Below are positions 59,753-64,000 of a DNA stretch of 64,000 nt, in pieces. Where the stretch lies: positions 1,254,310 to 1,318,309 of the forward strand of contig WELB01000007.1 in assembly GCA_009602725.1 (NCBI GenBank). The letters run 5' to 3'. The DNA comes from Spirogloea muscicola (lineage: Eukaryota). The notes under the pieces were generated by a model. That model searched no databases and was not told the origin of the DNA. It saw only the letters and a program-made list of their open reading frames with translations. A program made the position numbers and the translations under genes. Numbering within the stretch: position 1 is the stretch's first letter; each line of letters opens with the position of its first letter.

Positions 59753-59797
59753 TAAGGTTTAGGGTTTTACGGTTTAGGCTTAAACTAAATCCTAAAC
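59753..59797. repeat. Short degenerate telomere-like repeats in inverted arrangement
   Basis: GGTTTAGGGTTTTACGGTTTAGGC followed by TAAACTAAATCCTAAAC. Confidence 0.35.
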
Positions 59798-61539
59798 GCC
59801 GTCTGGAAGAGCTGCACTTCCGCTGTGACGCCTCAAGTACTTCTTGACTTGAGGCTGCTAGCTAAGGATTACCAATGGTCAATCCTTCGTGGTACCTGCA
59901 TAGCTGTGTGATTTAGCGCTTCTCTGCCCAGGCTAATGGCTTCCGTGGTGGTGGTTTGGCTCCTCAGTATAGCTTGTCAGATATGCATGTGCTCACTCGG
60001 GGATATTAGTGTGCCCCTCAGCCAGCTCATTACCCAGTCAAAAGGACATTTTTAGGGCCAGGAATGGCCTCCCTTTCAATTTCATGCGCACCGCGCGCCT
60101 TCTCTCTTCCCTGCCCTTTTGGACCCTGTCCATTCTTTTCGCCCTGGCCTTTCACAGCCCCTGCCCCCTTTGGAAGAGCTAAACTTTTCCATGCATTTCA
60201 AATCCCAGCTGCAGGCAGGCCTCGCTTTGGATGCTGCTTCTGATTTCATCACGGTGACACTGTTCCGAATGCAAGCTACTCTAACTTACGGCTGTTGACT
60301 TGGGGTAATTGAGCACCCCTTCATGTTAGGCACTTGCGTAGATGTGTGGTTTTGGCGCTTTTGACCCTTGGGTTGGTCTTTCGCTGCCATCGCCTCGTTC
60401 GCCATTGCACCACTGGCCACTTCCGGGCAATGCTTTTCCGCCCTCTAGTTATTTTGATCTGCAAATGCTGACTAGTGGTCATTGATTGGAACAGCCTGTC
60501 ACCAAGAGGAGCAGACCAGTCTGCAACTTGGCAGGCTCTCCAGCCCAGGTATATCGCATGCGCCTGTCCGTACCTCTAGAGCGGTAAACGGCACACGCGT
60601 TGCATCTGCACGCCGGTCGCGCTTTGGCCTATCCTTAATGAGCGAGCCCTCTTCTCTTTGGCTGCTGCCTCTCGCTACAGAAGAATGCGGCTGCTGATAT
60701 CAAAGGAGCGGCTGTAAAAGCCAGCCATAGACATGGCTATAGACAGGGGACCCGCTGCCAGGAGACGAGATTCTCTGGCCTAGGGCTGCTCACTGGGGAA
60801 TATTAAGCACTCAGTGGCCACTTGAGTCGCCGTGTGCTTTTAGCGCGTTGCTGGCCCCTTCAAATGTTCATTCCTCTCCTGGGCTGGTCAACCACAGCCA
60901 TCGCCCTCTACTGAAAGAGTCCCTCGTTTATTGAGAGAATGAGAGAAAAACGCTTCCATGAGAGGGCGGTGGCTGTGAGAAGAAGTGGCTCTACCAATGG
61001 GGGCAAGAGGCTGTGAAAAGCCAGCCCGAAAAGAATTGACAGTGAGAGAGCCAGCCCAGATAAAATAATGAACAAAATCCGAAGGGGGCCAGGGAAAGTG
61101 CTAAAAGCTAGAGAAAGGAAGCTCCCCTATGTACTTGGCCATTTGGCCTTCGTTTGTTTCAATCACACGATATGTTCCCTTTGGAAGTGTCTTTCTTCTC
61201 TTTAAGAGCTCACTTCCTATTGAGCGTCCACTCGCAGATTCACGGCGAGTCGTTTCGTGCTTTTTGCGCCTTCCGACCCAGACCGTGAACATTCCTCTGG
61301 GCTGGCCTCTCACAGCCATTGCCTGAAAAGCGCGGCCGAATTGACTGGTGGCTGGGAGAAGCCAGCCCAAAAGGAATGAACAAGGTCAAGAGGAATTCCA
61401 ATGCAAGGCCATTGCCTTGCATTGGAAGAGCTGTTTCCGGAGCGGCCTCCTCGTCGCCCCCTTCAAAGAAGAAAAGTGATTTGAAGTGGTTTCCATTTTG
61501 CTTTAGCTCATATACGTGCGCTGCGCACCACGGCGGGCG

Positions 61540-61749
61540 GCCCACCCTGAGGTACTCCTGCCTAGCTATGCAGATGACACAACTTTGGTGGGCCCCCTTG
61601 CAGATGTCACCCGAGCCTTCAGCACCTTGAAGTGTGAGCTACACTCTCTCGGCCTCACAGTCCGCCCCGACAAATGTACGGCATGGTCGCCAGTCGGCAT
61701 CCCTCCCACCCTTCCGGTAGGGTGCCAGACCCCCCCCCTCGGTTATTGA
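61540..61749 (+). mobile_element. Non-LTR reverse transcriptase fragment (YADD region) joined to an F2 3' end
   Basis: HPEVLLPSYADDTTLVGP..AFSTLKCELHSLGLTVRPDKCTAWSP resembles RT motifs 5-6 of RLE-class non-LTR elements, and runs directly into GY*-GCGGGTCA. Confidence 0.8.
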
Positions 61750-61864
61750 GCGGGTCAATTTCCCGTGGTTATTGAGCGGGTCAATTTGCTGTAGATTAGG
61801 TAGGTCTTCAGATGTGCTTGCCTTTGTACTTGGCCTTTGGCCTTCGTTTGTTGCAAATACACGA

Positions 61865-63437
61865 AACTTTTCCTCGGCAACAGGTTATGGGCCCACGGGC
61901 CGCAGCTGCGCTTCACACAGGATATCCGCTTAGCTTCGTCCAAGCAGTCGGTTTCAGCTTTGGGGGAGATAACTTTTCCTTGTGGAGTCTGAAAGTTAGG
62001 ACGGTGCTGCAAGCCATTGGTTTGTGAGGGCATTCTGATGGGAGTCACGAACAGCCTGACCACACATCGCCAGAGTATGGCTTCTGGCGTAGTAGGGATT
62101 TCCAGGCTAGAGCAGTTGTTGTTCTCAACTTGGAAAACAAATCAATTGCATCATATCGAGTTGCTAGACACAGCAAAGTCCTGTTGGGACAGGCTAGTAG
62201 AGCTCTACCAGCCGCAATCTCATGCTAATGAGATGTTCTTGCTCAGAAGACTACTTGGTCTGGTGATGACAGAGGGAGCCTCACTACTGACCCATGTAGA
62301 TGCAATGAAGAGTCTAGGAAACCAGCTTGCTATCATAGGGGCTCCTGTTTCTGACAAGCACATGGCTTCTTACTTGCTGTCTAGCTTGCCTGTCTCCTAC
62401 GAGCTGGTAGTGACCTCCCTTGAAGGGAGAGAACCAGCTCCTTCGCTGTCCCAAGTCATTTCCAGGCTTTTATTGAAAGAGACCAAGCGGAAGGGGGTGT
62501 CTAGTAGTAGCTCCTATGATGCTTTGGCACTTCTCAGCACTACTGATATTCAAGGTCCTCCCATCTGTTCTTTTCGTCAGAGACCCAGACACACCTAGAA
62601 AACGTGCCGAACCCAGAACCCTCATCATCCAAAAGCATCCTTGACAATGTCTGTAGTCGCAGAGGAAGCCTTCATGGCTGTCTCTGGAACTAACACCACT
62701 AAGCTTGTGGACGATGATGTCTGGTTGATAGATTCTGGAGCAACTCAGCATGTCTGCTCCCAGAATAAATCGTTCGACAGCTTCAAACGTATTTCACCTC
62801 TTCCTGTTCCTGTTTTGCAAACGGAAGTGTGGGTCATGCTGTCGGTGAAGGTACAGTGAGACTTCATGCTCAAGTGAAAAACAGAATCACTCCCTGCATC
62901 CTGAAAAATGTCATGTATGTTCCCTCTTCAAAGACGAATCTCTTCTCTGTCTCAAAGGCAACGTCTCAAGGGAAGCAGGTGAAACTCTCTGCAGATGCAT
63001 TTGTTTTTGTCAATGTTTCCACCGGAGTCATAGTGGCTGCAGGAATCCGATATGGAAACATGTGTCAGTTGCTCTGCTCAATTGTTGAGCAGTCAGCATC
63101 TCATCGTCCTCGTGCTTCGGCAGAGAGGGCATGCACTAACCCGCTAATCGAAAACGTCCAAGTATTCATGGCTCAGTTTTCACAAGCTCGGCTACTCCGA
63201 ACATCATTGGAGAAATACCAATTTCAACAGCGGCGAAGCAAGTTGGAGTTAGACTGCAAGTTCAAGGAACAGTACATGCTGTACATGCAGCTGCTGTTCC
63301 TGTTGAAGCACCTGCTGCTACTTCTTGCACCTGCTGCTACTTCAACATCTTCCTCACTTGCACAGAATGCTTTCATGGCACGACAGGGGATCCTTCCTCT
63401 CTTGCTCGACCTCAGACTTATGTTGATGCTGTTTTGA
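61865..63437 (+). mobile_element. Degenerate Ty1/Copia LTR retrotransposon (PBS, gag, protease; integrase and RT absent)
   Basis: GDNFSLWSLKVRTVLQAIGL; gag segment WDRLVELY..LLSSLPVSYELVVTSL; protease WLIDSGATQHVC; GEGTV..LKNVMYVPSSKTNLFSVSK. Stops and frameshifts are present. Confidence 0.88.
61883..61896 (+). promoter_or_regulatory. Primer-binding site complementary to the tRNA-iMet anticodon stem-loop (hemivirus type)
   Basis: GGTTATGGGCCCAC lies immediately after the LTR-end-like CAACA and just upstream of gag. Confidence 0.8.
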
Positions 63438-63479
63438 GGCAGGAAGCCAACGCAAAAAACAGTTCTTGCATGCAGAAAA

Positions 63480-64000
63480 TGGCAGTTAGTGTCAATGTTT
63501 GGAAGGTGGCAAGGTTTGACATTATGGATATGATCCAAATTTCCCCTACCACAAGAGCCTTGCAAGCGGATGACTCCAGATGACATTTCGCCAACAGCTA
63601 CATAGATGAATGGACCTGTAGAGGCATCAAGCGCATCTTGAGGTTTCACCTTAAGGTAGACATAGTCATTGATAGTAATTGTCTGATGTTTCGGTTGGTA
63701 GCTAACACTACGAATAGTAGCGCAACACTGAGTATCACGATGTTGTGCTATGCGTAAATTATCCAAAGCAATAGGCATATGCCCTTTGAATAATTTGCCA
63801 CGCTCAGTGCAAACTTTGACCCACAGTTTTGGGCTATCAAGATCAACCACTCCCGCTGCGATAGCATGGAGACCCACAGAAATTACTGGATGACGACTAT
63901 ATAAAAGGAAGTATGGGCTACGCGCTGACAATGAAGTCTGTTTTGACATCCGGTATCCCATTGTTAGCCATGGCAAGAACTTATCCCACCTTTCCATGCC
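63480..64000 (-). mobile_element. Ty3/Gypsy integrase C-terminal fragment (continues beyond window)
   Basis: WDKFLPWLTMGYRMSKQTSL..SPYFLLYSRHP, ALDNLRIAQHRD, INDYVYLK, GPF, HIHNVKPC: end of the integrase core plus the GPY/F module. Confidence 0.8.

Larger units (their letters stand above)
57779..61870. mobile_element. Large cluster of CRE-like retrotransposon fragments (F1-F5, both orientations) upstream of GolS
   Basis: F2 end at 58290-58433 (+), F4 end at ~58531-58748 (+), F2 at ~59455-59735 (-), F3 at ~59920-60190 (+), decayed F1-like QVYRMRLSV..HALHLHAGRALA at ~60530-60630, and many GGGCTGG..CAGCC terminal modules. Confidence 0.82.

Overview
Intron-rich eukaryotic nuclear DNA, most likely from a streptophyte green alga (inferred from land-plant-like ALF4, double B-box and galactinol synthase genes with GC/CpG-rich 5' ends). 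There are about 11 host genes: WDR6/TRM734-like (runs off the left edge), a truncated F-box gene, GBA2, PRMT6, BBX18/19-like, ALF4, UFSP2, NUP93, NKAP-like, AIM25/scramblase and GolS. The standout feature is a set of at least six related families of CRE-like (restriction-like endonuclease) non-LTR retrotransposons. They are present almost only as 5'-truncated 3' ends and share a C-terminal SDxxxL(T/S)RxY* peptide, a ~50-nt GGGCTGG..CAGCCC hairpin/pseudoknot terminus and a (CTT)n tail. They pile up in clusters upstream of gene 5' ends, inserted one inside another in the same orientation with clear 6-18 bp target-site duplications. The right end holds a decayed Copia element with a half-tRNA-iMet primer site and a Gypsy integrase fragment. 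Gene boundaries were read by eye from spliced exons and are approximate. Family labels F1-F5/F1b are my own.
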